Assembly (NCBI GenBank): GCA_002633005.1
Contig: NMRA01000024.1
Span: forward strand, 1,619,177-1,683,176
Length of the DNA: 64,000 nt
Origin: Phoronis australis
Lineage: Eukaryota > Animalia > Phoronida
Direction of reading: 5' to 3'
Shown here: one piece after another, positions 10,001 to 22,120 of the stretch
Numbering within the stretch: the first letter of the stretch is position 1
How the letters are laid out: every line of letters begins with the position of its first letter
Program-made: the position numbers and the translations under genes
Notes under the pieces: model-generated
The model's database searches: none
Told to the model about the DNA's origin: nothing
What the model saw: the letters and a program-made list of their open reading frames with translations, nothing else

Positions 10001-12836
10001 CCGTCATCGTCATCCCCCATTCAATCGATGATTTCAAGGCATTTTCTAATTTGACTGTTTGAATTTCTTTAATCGTTGTTATATGATCCGCGATTTGAAT
10101 TAGAAGTACACGAAATAGTTACAGACTTGTCAAAACCATTTAATGACGTGCGAACACTCTGTGCAGTGCAAACGGAACTGGAAGCAGCTGTTGTTTGAGG
10201 ATACTGAGAGAAGTGAAAAGTATTCAAAAAGGGAGACGGGCGAAATTGTTGAATAGCGGCAGGGGGTGTGATAGGCAATTTGAGCACTTTGCAAAAAACT
10301 GTTACCAAACGAACAGATAGTTGACATGGTTCCGTTGTACCCCTTTCCCCAGTGACTATGACAGTGACTGTGAGTGTTCCATGGTCATTGAAACTACATC
10401 TTTTTGATTTCGATAACAATGAATGTTTGTAAGCCAAGATGAAGAACGAATGTAGTGCTTACATTTCCCAGGCCCTGACTGGCTGCAATTAATAGCTTGA
10501 CTGACACGTTGGATGTATCAATCACTGTCTTAGTCGAGGTTCAAAATTATTCCCAAAGTCTCCAGCTCTTTCCCGATTTGAAACTTAAGTAAGACAAGTT
10601 TGGTACGGCAGGAGCCCATTTACGACTTAGAAAGAAATGCGATTTTTATAAGTTTTCAATTTCGCACTGATGATCCGGAAAAAATCAGAAACAAAACATA
10701 ACATTTTTACCTGCGTATACGACAAAATCTGCATTTTCGTGAGCAACATGTTCCTTTCCGTCAAGAGTTTGAAGACATGCGCTGATCGCCTCTTTTGCCG
10801 AGAGTTTTGGGCTAATGTTCCCTGAAATTGAACACAAACAAGTAGTTACAACGCTGGTTGTTCTTAATGTTCAGCGTTAGGAATGTGAAGATAGTTATGG
10901 TTCAACTTTTGAGAAACATCAAAACAGTTTATTTCCAGTAATTTGGCTTATTTTGAAAAAGCATGTTGCGATTTCACCACTGGGCGAGACCTTTCAATCG
11001 TCGTTTTTATTTGTAACACATCAAATCTCCAGAGAGCACCAAAATGTGTATTTCAGCTTAACACAAGTTCAGTTCTGTTGCACATCACACACGCTCAATT
11101 CCTTAAAATTTATGTCAAAGAAGACTACACACTCTTCTACGAAGGCTGTCACCAACGAAGTGCCCGACACAGTCACGTCCGCATGGTCCAAGCAAGGAAC
11201 AAAGGCTATACAGCGCAATGAGACGCAACAAAGACATTAATCATAATAATAAGTGAACAAGAGCAACTAAACAAGCATAACAGTTAACATACAGTTACTA
11301 ACGTCCCGTCACACTTTTGACAGTGTCAGTGGGCTAACTGGCTTGCCAACTTAACAGTTTCCAAACAGATCTTAGTTGTAAATTAGCAGAAGTTGTCGAC
11401 ATTAGATGACTACATTCAACCTAGCACTATTACACCCAGATTCAATGTACACGTGGCAAATCAACACCAGGTGGCGCATGTAATCCTACCTTTTAGATCC
11501 TGGTGGATCCCTTTAATGATGTGGCCTGACACTCGTCCTCCGTGCTTCCCATTCTTATGTTCGCCCACAATGAACGCTCCGAATACCGACACACCTTTGA
11601 AGGTCTGGGCCAATTTCAACTTTAAAGAAATGGTTTATAACGTTCAAAGTACTGTACAAGAAGTACTTAAAATTGTGGACGCGGGAATTAAAAAATGCCC
11701 ACTGAAGAGGCACTCAGATTGTGTGGCACGATACGGCGCCACAAATAAACAATTACACATTTTGACCTAAATAATCAATGCAAAGAGGGTGCTGCGGGTT
11801 TTCAAAGAAGTCTCCGAAAGAGATTCAGCACCTTTTCCGTTTTTTTCTGGACGCAAAGTCATTTCGATGAAATAAACACTATCGAATAAGACTCTCCCAG
11901 GTGGTTGTTGAGAGCAAACTAAAGTTGTTTTCACCAGGTGGTGCTGTTGTACCCTTGTAGTGCTTCTTCATGTTGAAATTTTTATCACTTTTGTCTGTAG
12001 AGTAAGTAAAAGACTATCGGCTGTAACCGGTAAGTTCAGTTATGTGTATCGTATACAAACGAAAAAAGATGTCACGTTCCTATATTTGACTGGAACGATA
12101 CGTACGCTCTGCAGGAGCCACGCTTTTGTCACTTTACCGAGTTAGACCTGGGCCAGATGCTGGATGCCAAAAGTTCATTTTGTAAAAGCCCACGCATAAA
12201 GATTTGCTTTAACATAGCAATATGATTTTTGAAGTTTGGTATGCTATACGTAGGGGGGAGGGGTTCAAGAAATCTTTTCTCGATTTTTCTTGATGTATTT
12301 CTACTATCGAATTTGCTCAAATACTTGATTTAGTAGCGGTAGTTTACAGTTGTATGTTAACGATCAAAATATGGAGAGACAAAATGAATAAACCAAGAAC
12401 TAAAGGTAGACGTGATTGCCAAAATGAGTGCGAGCAAACGAACTCGTATGAACACGTGATGACATAGAAATATAATTTCATATCGCAAGCAAGGAATTTC
12501 ATACAACTGCAGGGTATACGAAACGTTCGTGAGAAATTGAATTACTTGCCGATTCACACTGAGATAAAACGAAAAAGTGGAGTGTTTTATATAAAGTTAC
12601 CTTGGTAATTCCTGAGGGTAGCGTGTAAGTTCCATGGATTCTGAAGTCTCCAGGACCGACCCCTCTTTCATGCAGTCGAAGTTGGGTTGTTAACGAATGC
12701 GCAATAGGTCTTTCCAAAAATGCCACGTCGTGGTCGAACAACTCTCTCTTTGCACAGTAGGACAAGCTAAGCACGTTTAAAATGACGACCACCCCTGAAA
12801 AGGCCAACGCAATTGCACTTTTTAAACCCAAAACAT
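6051..12836 (-). CDS. Five-exon prepro M4 (thermolysin-family) zinc metallopeptidase, pseudolysin/vibriolysin-like, ~545 aa; apparent 1-nt frameshift after the ATG
   Basis: Exons 12836-12601, 11619-11490, 10821-10711, 9536-9352 and 7025-6051. All introns are GT-AG with compatible phases (0,1,1,0). The joined product is signal peptide + FTP + PepSY propeptide + catalytic domain (HELGH, GLHEGFSD, DGHQSCGIINKAF). Confidence 0.9.
7282..9028 (-). mobile_element. Helentron-associated non-autonomous element (HINE/DINE-1-like) in M4 intron 4
   Basis: Subterminal inverted repeat ATGCGCCCACA with adjacent palindrome, (GTCC)-type microsatellite, ~150-bp internal tandem units, GCTCTTGTT end. Homologous to 41097-41789 and 42966-43470. 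Confidence 0.8.
8270..8726 (-). mobile_element. 3' fragment of an L1/Tx1-like LINE nested in the HINE
   Basis: Interrupts the HINE relative to the other copies, with cgtcatc on both sides. Minus strand shows a YFIY..K...F..F...L / DKW-type ORF2 C-terminus, then AATAAA and an A/GA-rich tail. Confidence 0.5.
9352..9536 (-). CDS. M4 peptidase exon 4 (PepSY propeptide and mature N-terminus)
   Basis: Acceptor acctag|GA, donor CAT|gtaagt. Encodes LAYYV...PSCLIDAMTGGIIKKWDA...GGNGH. Confidence 0.9.
10711..10821 (-). CDS. M4 peptidase exon 3 (propeptide)
   Basis: Acceptor tttcag|GG, donor GCAG|gtaaaa. Encodes NISPKLSAKEAISAC...ENADFVVYA, like the P.LSA..A...EN motif of M4 propeptides. Confidence 0.85.
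11490..11619 (-). CDS. M4 peptidase exon 2 (FTP domain)
   Basis: Acceptor tttaaag|TTG, donor AAAG|gtagga. Encodes LKLAQTFKGVSVFGAFIVGE...VSGHIIKGIHQDLK (FTP Q..KG+.VFG motif). Not in the supplied ORF track. Confidence 0.87.
12601..12836 (-). CDS. M4 peptidase exon 1 (signal peptide and start of propeptide)
   Basis: Hydrophobic SAIALAFSGVVVILNVLSLSYC-AKR, then TLPSGITK (cf. LPNGKTK of vibriolysin-type enzymes). Donor AAG|gtaact. The caacATG at 12836 is 1 nt out of frame. Confidence 0.82.
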
Positions 12837-13996
12837 GTTGGAGTTATTGAATTTGGACCAGTGCAAACCTTCGAACTGTGAGTTTTGGATATCAGTTTGC
12901 TAATATTTTTGTTGACGAACGGTCAGTCTTTAATTTCAGAACTCTTCGTTCACTTGTTATTTAGCTGCGTTCCAAGGAAATTTGCACTATTCCTTTTAAA
13001 GGAATGACTAAATCTATTCCGTTTTCTCCCCATTGGAAAATATAAATCCCAGCAAGTTATGTCCGCCACGTCGGCAGGCTTTGAAAACGTCCTTCTCAGA
13101 CACAACCCTTGTCCATAAATAAGTCTGTGAATTGGCAAAAGACTGTTACCTTCAGTGCGATAATAAATAAACAAAAAAGCGATACCTCACTTGCGCCAAA
13201 AATAGTCTAGCTGTAGATGACAGAATACATGGAATTTTGTTCGAATTAACAAAGCCAGCAACTAGGAATAAATCCTGTAAAATAAGTAGTCAGTGAAAAT
13301 TTACTTCAGTAAATACTGGGATTGTACGCTAACATTTTGGCGTTCAAAACATAAAGAACACGTTGCTTTCCTACATGTAGTATATACTCCAGCAATCATC
13401 TTTCTGTTGCTGACGACACACATACACATTTTGGCGTTTGTTTAGGCATGAAGATAATTCGAATATATTTTAACACATTAATTAAAATTACAACCCTTCT
13501 TTCTCAGAAAACCATTCCCAATGAAGGTTTTTGGTAATTAGCTTAATACGTGCTCATAATTTCTTTTTAAGAATGCTTCTGTTTAATTAGGAAGGTCAGT
13601 TAGTTCTTGCATGTAATCGTATAATTAAAGGCAACTCACATTCCATGAGGAAAAGCATCTTTCCGAGTGACAGGTATCTCACTTGCTCAAAAATGAAGTT
13701 TTCGAAAGAGAACACAAATCACAAATGCCAGATTTAGGATGCTGTTGATTATTGAATACACAGTAACAAACAAGTGCGTTGTACGTTTGTACGGTGGTTG
13801 GGGAAGGACATGTTAATTTATTTTTCCTAACACGAGCGCTCGAGTTATTTCACGAGAATCAAAACGAGGCTGACCTTGAACATGGAAGCTGCCGTGACGT
13901 ACATCTTTAATCGTTCTCTCTCAAAGATTCAATTACTTCGTGATTGAGCGGCATGCCAGGAGTTTTTCAGCAACACATTTTTATGTGTTAAAATCT

Positions 13997-14002
13997 TGTG
14001 TG

Positions 14003-14037
<35 letters not shown>

Positions 14038-14095
14038 GTGTATGCGTGTGCGTGCGTGTGAGAGTACGCGCGCGCGTGTATGTGTGCGTGCGTAT
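13997..14095. repeat. (TG)n/(TGCG)n microsatellite
   Basis: Direct sequence. Confidence 0.95.
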
Positions 14096-15339
14096 GTACA
14101 TATTATTAATGTTTTCAGTTGTTCTTATAATAATTCATTTGTGCAATGTTTACATGTTGCCAAGATGCCGTTTTTTCTTAATTCAATTTCTGCCCGTTCA
14201 GAACTACTGTTATTTGTAATCCTCACATGAAATAAAATTCTAAGAAATGAAATGTTGACATTGTAAAAAAATCCAATCCAATTCTTTGTGTTGCTGACAG
14301 CGTACAAGATACTATCTGATTTTTTTATTTTTGCGCCAGCCCACCGTGCCATCAAAACGTCCCGCTTTTTGAGACAATGCAAAAGTGACATATTATTATA
14401 ATTTCCACGCAACATGGCCATATATCCCCCGTTCGAAAAAATGGAAAAACAGAAGTTTCATGTTTTTTACGGTATCCACAATTTCCCATTTGGCTAAACG
14501 CAGCCGGGCACTTTTGGATATTGCGTTTCGCGTTCGACGGAAGACGTTGTCGGGACGTTTTTGTGGGTCGCGGGGAAAACATCACCCTTGCGTTTTGCCT
14601 TAAACTCAGAAGTTCTGCTATCCAATCCAGTTATCCCGTTTATTCTGGATTGTCGAATGTTGACCGTGGATGCAACGGAGTTTAAAATAGCATTGTTTCC
14701 TTGTTTCCGAACTCGGAACAAGAATAAAGAAACCTATCGCCTTTATGATGAAAATATTGTAAATTAGGCGAGCCACATTCTAAAGTATCTCGCAGCGCTA
14801 ATTACGTCAAGCTGAAGGTTCAAACATTCAGCAACGTGCCCCAAAAATGTACTGATTTCAAACAGTAACAAATGCATTTCTTTATTAAATACGGAACAAG
14901 GATATTTGCATTAGCGTTGCCAGAAGTTTTAACCAAAATGGCCAAATGTGAAACTATTAACGACGGTGGTGGGGAACTGAATTAAAACTACCGGCGTTGC
15001 GTTAACTGTGAGTATTTTGTGGACTCCTAGAAACACTAACATGTATTTTCAATCAAACAATGACCGAAATAACTGTGGTGCAGTGTTACATGGTGTTTCA
15101 AGAATCTTAAGCCAAGTCAAAGACAGAATTCGCCCAACCTTTTACAATTTGCAAAAGATGTATTAAATTCATTTTCCTAACACGTTTGAGGCCATCACAC
15201 ACAAGATGGAAAATACATGATCAGAGAACACAGGTCCAACATGTAGCCTACTACGATATAGTAAGATTTTGTAAAAATAATAGCATCTGTGAAGTTAGTT
15301 CGCAATAGTTGTGTTCCGAACATTTGATATTTTTTATGC

Positions 15340-15740
15340 CGCAAGTATATAAAATGCGCCTCTGAGGGTTATACAGAAATGTTTAGCCTCGTCCAGGTCA
15401 TTAGGTAGGCCTATTGTGAGGCCAAGTTCGGCCATAATTAAGCAGCGTAAATCGTACATATTCTTGGATACTGAGTTTTGAATCAACACTCCGTACACCC
15501 TTCCCATCACTGAGTTCAGGGAGATAAATTTCAGCATCATAGATCTCTGGTACGTGATACATTATGAAATGAGTCGGGTCCGTGATGGAAACGGTCATTG
15601 TTGTACTTCCTGATGGTGTGTGTGTTCCAAAGTATACTCACCTCATGCAATTTATCTTGAAAATATCGAAAGAGCTGCTCTATAAAAAATGATGAAAAGT
15701 ACGGATACTCACTCAGTTTGAGCAAGAAGACTTTGCACAA
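15340..15740 (-). pseudogene. Degraded integrase-core (DDE) transposase C-terminal fragment
   Basis: Frameshifted pieces FQDKLHEVSILWNTHTIRK, YHVPEIYDAEIYL and IMAELGL...PNDLDEA, resembling WNxHxIR-type eukaryotic integrase-like elements. Confidence 0.5.
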
Positions 15741-15797
15741 AGAAGTACAGTTTTACGGTTGTGTAATCAAAACTGCTTATTCAGTCTTATCCCACCA

Positions 15798-16060
15798 TAG
15801 GCGGATTTAGGCGGGGGGGCCCAGGAGTTAAATCGTGGTGGTGCAGTGGTGAGATCAAGTCTGTGGTTATTTCAGTTTTTCCTGTTTGATACGTTCTCGT
15901 ATTTTTTATTTTTTTCTTGGATAATACTTCAGGAATCAAGGAAAATGCTTGATTTTTAGACCTCTCCCCATTCGGTGCTATACACATCAACAATCGTGTT
16001 TTGCGCAAATGTTTACAGACAAAATGTAGGGCCCCTTGTGATATCCTAGATCCGCCACTG
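15798..16060. mobile_element. MITE of a CAGTGGCGGATCTAG-terminus family
   Basis: Left ggcggatttagg, right cctagatccgccactg. The same right end recurs at ~32876-32898 and ~35017-35048. Confidence 0.55.
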
Positions 16061-17467
16061 TCCCACGTATACATAAGAGCCCTGCTAATGGTAGGCTGGT
16101 TTAGGCCGAGAGGAAGCCTATTCCGCGGCCAACAAAAAATTACAAAAATACGAGTGATCTTTTTCATTCTTTATTCAAGGACTGCTTCATTGTTTATTTA
16201 CTGATCACAAACTTCATCGGATATAAATGATCTTAACACCGAGTTAGGGTTAAAATTACTGCGCAGTCACTGAAATGTAAGACGGACGCCAGTTTTAAGT
16301 CCTCTGCCTAAAGTAATAATACCTGTACCCGTCATTTAAAGCGCCCCCCTACAAGCCAAGATATCATTTTGAAGAACCCCTACAACTGAACAGGACAGAC
16401 AAGCGTTCGGAGGGGTATAGTGTTGATCACTAAGGTTGGCCTCCATTACATCCTAGATACGCCTATGTTAATCCATGTAAGTATAAATTTTTATTACCTA
16501 TATAACATCCATGAAGCAGAATCAAACCAACTTTGTCTTTTTCATCACCAGCTCTCGTAAAAAGGCTATCCAATATTCAGAGTTCTGCTCTCGAATTAAG
16601 TATTCCCAAACACGAGTGGCTGTTCGACGGCTGTACAGAAAATGGTGCTCCAAATCCTGAATCGCTGTTAGTGGTACAGTGCTTGCTTGTAACCATGGAA
16701 TGTAACGTGAAAACACCAATACAGCCATTTGCACAAGTCGTACGAATCTGAGCGCCAAACTTAATTTGGAGATGCGTTTCTGAGCTCCACATCCTCAGGA
16801 GAAAGAAATGCTTCAAAAGTACTGACATAGTCCTTATAACAAATCCTAGCTTCGCAAAAAAATTGTGTGTAGTTTAACTTTTAACTGCCGCTCGCTCACG
16901 ACGTAGCTGAATCTTTGAACTCGACGAATAAGTAGGACGCTGGGCTCATAAGTCGGCGCTCGGGTTAGGAAAAAATCAATTGTTACCATATCCTTTCCCA
17001 GCCACCGTAGGTTTGTGTTGGCTTGCAAGTGAGCGCGAAATTCGCTGATGCTGGTCGTCGTAGCTCTCTCCTTTTTTAATAATGCCTTTTGTTTCCGAAC
17101 GGATAGGGGCAAATCATAAACAAACGGGTGAATAATGCAAGTGCTGCAGGTAAATTGAACTTTCGTATTTGCCAATATTTGCATCCAAAATAGCGTATAA
17201 TGCAAGCTCAAGTCTCTACAATTAGTCAAAGCAGCTTGATTGTGACGACGATAACAATTTTATAGTTCAGGAAAAACGTCACGACTTCAAATCAGTGTTC
17301 CCATTGGAATAACTGAGCTTGTGCTGAGGTGCTTCATTTGAGAAAGGCACGTTCTATAGCCGTTACAGTAGTTTCTTACATAACTTGATTTATAAAAATC
17401 TGTGTTCCAGCGCCAAAAGATCGCAAAAGTATGTCAAAAGTCCATGAAAATGTTAAAATGGCCAACC

Positions 17468-18045
17468 NNNNNNNNNNNNNNNNNNNNNNNNNNNNNNNNN
17501 NNNNNNNNNNNNNNNNNNNNNNNNNNNNNNNNNNNNNNNNNNNNNNNNNNNNNNNNNNNNNNNNNNNNNNNNNNNNNNNNNNNNNNNNNNNNNNNNNNNN
17601 NNNNNNNNNNNNNNNNNNNNNNNNNNNNNNNNNNNNNNNNNNNNNNNNNNNNNNNNNNNNNNNNNNNNNNNNNNNNNNNNNNNNNNNNNNNNNNNNNNNN
17701 NNNNNNNNNNNNNNNNNNNNNNNNNNNNNNNNNNNNNNNNNNNNNNNNNNNNNNNNNNNNNNNNNNNNNNNNNNNNNNNNNNNNNNNNNNNNNNNNNNNN
17801 NNNNNNNNNNNNNNNNNNNNNNNNNNNNNNNNNNNNNNNNNNNNNNNNNNNNNNNNNNNNNNNNNNNNNNNNNNNNNNNNNNNNNNNNNNNNNNNNNNNN
17901 NNNNNNNNNNNNNNNNNNNNNNNNNNNNNNNNNNNNNNNNNNNNNNNNNNNNNNNNNNNNNNNNNNNNNNNNNNNNNNNNNNNNNNNNNNNNNNNNNNNN
18001 NNNNNNNNNNNNNNNNNNNNNNNNNNNNNNNNNNNNNNNNNNNNN
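17468..18045. other. Assembly gap
   Basis: Run of N. Confidence 1.
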
Positions 18046-19809
18046 GGGGGGGGTGGTGAAGTTATAGGCTACCAATTTTCAGTAAAAGTTGATAGAGGGG
18101 ACAGAATTTGGTGCGATAGGGAGTTACCAGGTAGAATCCGACGAGATGGAGGGCGGGGAGAACATGGTGGCAATTAAGGGGTATGTATTGTGATGGCGAC
18201 CAGATGAAACTGATGGTGGTAGAATTTAGTGACGACGTGGGCTGATATTGGCATCGGTGGCGACTGGAGGAGAGGAAATCTTCCCACACTTATATTTGCG
18301 CGAATTCGCGCTCCAATCCGGAACATCAAATTTAGAATCTTCATTTCTTACGGGTTAAATTTATGATCGACCATCAAAATCAAACTGTTATAATAACCAT
18401 AAAGTTTCGAAACATCTCACGTCAAGAAAAAGGCACTACCGGAGCATAATTGGAGAGGAGACATGGTTCAAAAAAATCCCCACGCATTTCTTTTCTGATT
18501 TTCTAGCATGTTTCGTATATGTGAAATCGTGAAGATCTTAACATTTTCTTAAAATTTTCAAACAGCTATTAAACGATTTCAAGTTGACCATATGCCAACA
18601 GCAACGTCGCCCGATATCTCTAGTCATACAACCACACTACTGCCAAAAAAATGAAATATTTCTCTTACTGCCCATAACTGCTAAACTTGTACGGTGCTGA
18701 CGGCAATACAAGTTTGCAAAGAACACCATAATATTTTACCAAGATACCCCTGGGGTCCTCCTGGAAGCATTCATTTGGGAACAATCAATAATTTCGAAAG
18801 GGACTAGAGCCTGGTTGCATGAAACTGTCCCAAAAATGACTCAACGGTATTAGTTTATGTTGCAGAGAGGTATTATTTTGGAGGTTCGTTGGAGTTACCC
18901 TAACTGTTTCTAGAGATGGTCACGTGATCTTATTGAAAATACATTTCACGAAAATCTTCCAGAGATTTCGTCAAACATTACAAGCGAAGCACGTGATCGC
19001 AGTACCCTTACTCGGGCTTGGTTCTACCCCAGAGTTGTGTTAAGGAGATGGAAGACATCACGAGTGAAGGTAATCCTTATGACGTGCTTTGTTTGTAATG
19101 TACATAAATGATGATATCTCACATTTGTGACAGTTCGAGCGGTTGTGATTAATGAAATGGAGATTCTCTATATATTTATGGTTGTAATAATTTGGACCTG
19201 CGCAGCACGCTCTTCCCCCCAAAATATTAGACAGAACATACAAAACTGAACCAAGTGGACGATTTGACTTGAGAAAGAAAATAGAACAGCCATCAATTCT
19301 ATGCTTAACAACGTTGAAATTTTTGCTTTTATCATGTGAATAAGTTCTGCATGAAAAATAAATGATGGCATCCCGGATCTGTTGCAAAATACTTTTTTTA
19401 TCATTCTGACGGCACACTGTGTTTAATTCGGTCAATATTAATATGCGTTGCAGCTGATCGGCCGAACTGTTTGTTCTGAAAAGTACATCAATGGCTTTAG
19501 ATCAAGCAATCAATGCATCATCGTGGCTTCACAACTCCATGATGCCCGAGCGTAGTGCTGACACTAGGCAACCATGTCACACAGCAGGAGGTATGGTACT
19601 GGACAAAAAGTGTCTCGATACGGAACGCATAAAACAGTGACGCCAAGGGTTACCGTGCTCTCCGCTACAGGATGTGACGCCGCCTGTTTCCAAGACAACA
19701 TATGAAAAATAATTGACGGCTATGTTGGACGAAAATTTTCATTAAAAACAGATTCGTTAAAACACAGAGTTTACTGTTATATCGGAGGGCGTATTTGGTG
19801 TCGTCTGAT

Positions 19810-20410
19810 TAGTTGTTGGTTCAGTCAAGAGATAGATGGTATAAACCCTGGTAAATAATGGCTACAGCAATGCTTTTTTAGACCGTCATATTAGTCGACT
19901 CATGCCCAAAACTACTTGTGTACGTCGGACCGGTGTGACCAAAAAGGTATTGTACAAAAATGTTATGTCCAATAATTACCTCCAGGACAAACATGCCATT
20001 AAGGAAATCATTAGGGATAATGTTAAAGTTTGTAAGCCCGATGTTTATCTCGATTTCATTATTTATTATCGGAACAGGAAATCCTCAAACTTTGTCATGA
20101 AAAATAACATTTCTAAAGCGAAAGTAGATTTTTTGTGAAATTGTATGAGCTACGGACAAATGTTTTCGTTCAAATGTCAAGCAATGTTACATTGGTCAAA
20201 CGGTTTGCTGTCTTTCCCATCGGTTATCTATGCAGCTTCAAAATGGCGCCATCCATGAACATTTTGTGTAATGTCAAGAAATTGTGGAAAACTCGCCAAT
20301 TCGAAGTGTTGCGATTGAAAGTATTAGAGTCCCTTTAGATTGCATTCCAGAAGCCTGTATCGAATGATCAGCAAACAGGGTCGCGCCACACGCTACACTT
20401 GTTTGCGTGA
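19810..20410 (+). mobile_element. Degraded Penelope-like element (RT C-terminus and GIY-YIG remnants)
   Basis: LVNNGYSN, IIYYRNRKSSNFVMKNN, CYIGQT, QNGAIHEH and LESL*I...KP..N.Q motifs across frames. Confidence 0.65.
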
Positions 20411-20959
20411 CATTCCTGTTACCCCCTAGAGAAAAACAAAACTTTCATCTTTTTCCACCTTGTACCCTTTGGAATCTTTTAGACTTTCAAAATACCAAGC
20501 TACCTGGTCTAAAAACGTGGTAAAATGTGAACTGTTGTTTCTTTTGACTTGAGAAAGCCCATATTACTGCGTCATTTTATATCCACTTGAGATTGAAACA
20601 AGTACTACCCTATGTTTCGAAATATCGTGTGTCTTTTAATCATATCTTTTGTTCAGTTGCTTTCCCAATGTTCTGTTGAGTGTCGAGCTTTGTTCTGAGG
20701 ATACGAACAGATGGGTTAAAGAGTGTTATTAACAATAAGTGCATTCAACCAATTTTGCATATCGGAAGGAACTATATGAACTAAACAGACCATTTTACAG
20801 GTACATGTATATTCGACAAAAAATTCTAAAATAGAACTTACAGAAAATATAAAAATTAATATTCACTAGTATATAAATGTCCACATGAAAGAGATTGCTA
20901 AGAAAAATAATGACTACCGATGTACAGGTAAAAGTTCCCTTACAAAAGATTTATGTGAA

Positions 20960-22120
20960 TAATAATGTTCATAGGTGTATTGGGAAAAATGTTCACGCAG
21001 AACAGGTTGACATGAGAAATAACGTTTTACCCGTATATTGGAGGAATATGCATTCATACAGTAGGCTGGTATGCAAAATGGTTATTCTTGCATTGGATGA
21101 AAATGTTTACATACAATGGATTTTATCCTAAATATTTTCATTCTTATATTGGACAAGCATGCCCACACAGAACCTGCTGAGTTGAAAAATAAATTTACAG
21201 TAAAAATTGGACAAGGACATAAAACAGTTTAATATTGAAATTTTCCCATGTTTTGTGTAGACAGTACATGTGCTGAGCCATGCGTGGTTTGTGTTTTGTA
21301 AAAATGTTATTCACTGGCTGATGGTTAGCTAATGGGGGGCGGCTATGATGTAGTGGTTATGTACGTCCCGGTTCACTAAACCTTCTTTTTGCGACTACTC
21401 ATATATCGGGGGAGGTTCCATTCTTTCGCCGCACATGTACGGCGCACCATAGGGTTTTGTAAATTTGGTATTCACTGGTTGATGGTTAGCTAATGGGGGC
21501 GCGTCTATATAGTAGTGGTTATGTATGTCCCAGTTCACTAATCATTCTTTTTGGGACAATTCTGTTGAGTACAGTTCACGTAGAACAGATTGATATGAAG
21601 AATAACGTTTTAATGTTTTGTTGGAGGAGCATGCATTCATAAAATTGATTGATATGCAAATTGTTTATTGATGTACTGAATTAAAATGCTAAATCCCAAC
21701 AGATTAAGTACTGTAAGTGCTAACTATTTTTTTACTTACTGTTATATTTGAAAAACTCACCCAAAACAGAACTTGTTGGTATGTAGAATAACATTTTACT
21801 GTTTTATAGGACGATTATGCATTCATTAAGCAGGCTGATAAGTGAAATGTCTATATTGTTAATTTTACATTGGACAAACATGTCCGCATAGAAAAAGGAG
21901 TTAAAATGGATTGATATTGCAATTTTCCCGCGTTTGTGTAAGGTTAGCGAGAAATATTTGCAATGTTGTATAGGCAGTACATGTGTTCAGCCATGTGTGG
22001 CTTGTGTTTTGTAAATTTGTTATTCAGTGGTTGGTGGTTAGCTAATAGCCTGGTCTATAAAGTAGAGATTACATACGTTTCGCTTCTCTAATCAAGTTCA
22101 ATGTGCGGCAACTCATACAT
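20960..22120. repeat. Degenerate complex tandem duplication
   Basis: Block ttcactggytgatggttagctaat...gtagtggttatg occurs at ~21310, ~21470 and ~22020. Block agaacagrttgayatga.aataacgtttta occurs at ~20998 and ~21580, with a weaker copy at ~21765. Confidence 0.7.

Noticed and set aside
11076-11313. Possible solo LTR (tgttg...gtcaca) in M4 intron 2
   Set aside because: No matching TSD and no second copy in the window.
16522-17229. Minus-strand ORFs with superficial AID/APOBEC-like spacing (TIDFFLTRAP...VKLHTIF)
   Set aside because: No HxE motif, and PCxxC is PTYEP (two base changes per Cys). The resemblance is too weak to call, so the region stays unidentified.
17402-18177. Long ORFs in the track (also 33697-34815)
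   Set aside because: Artefacts of N runs.
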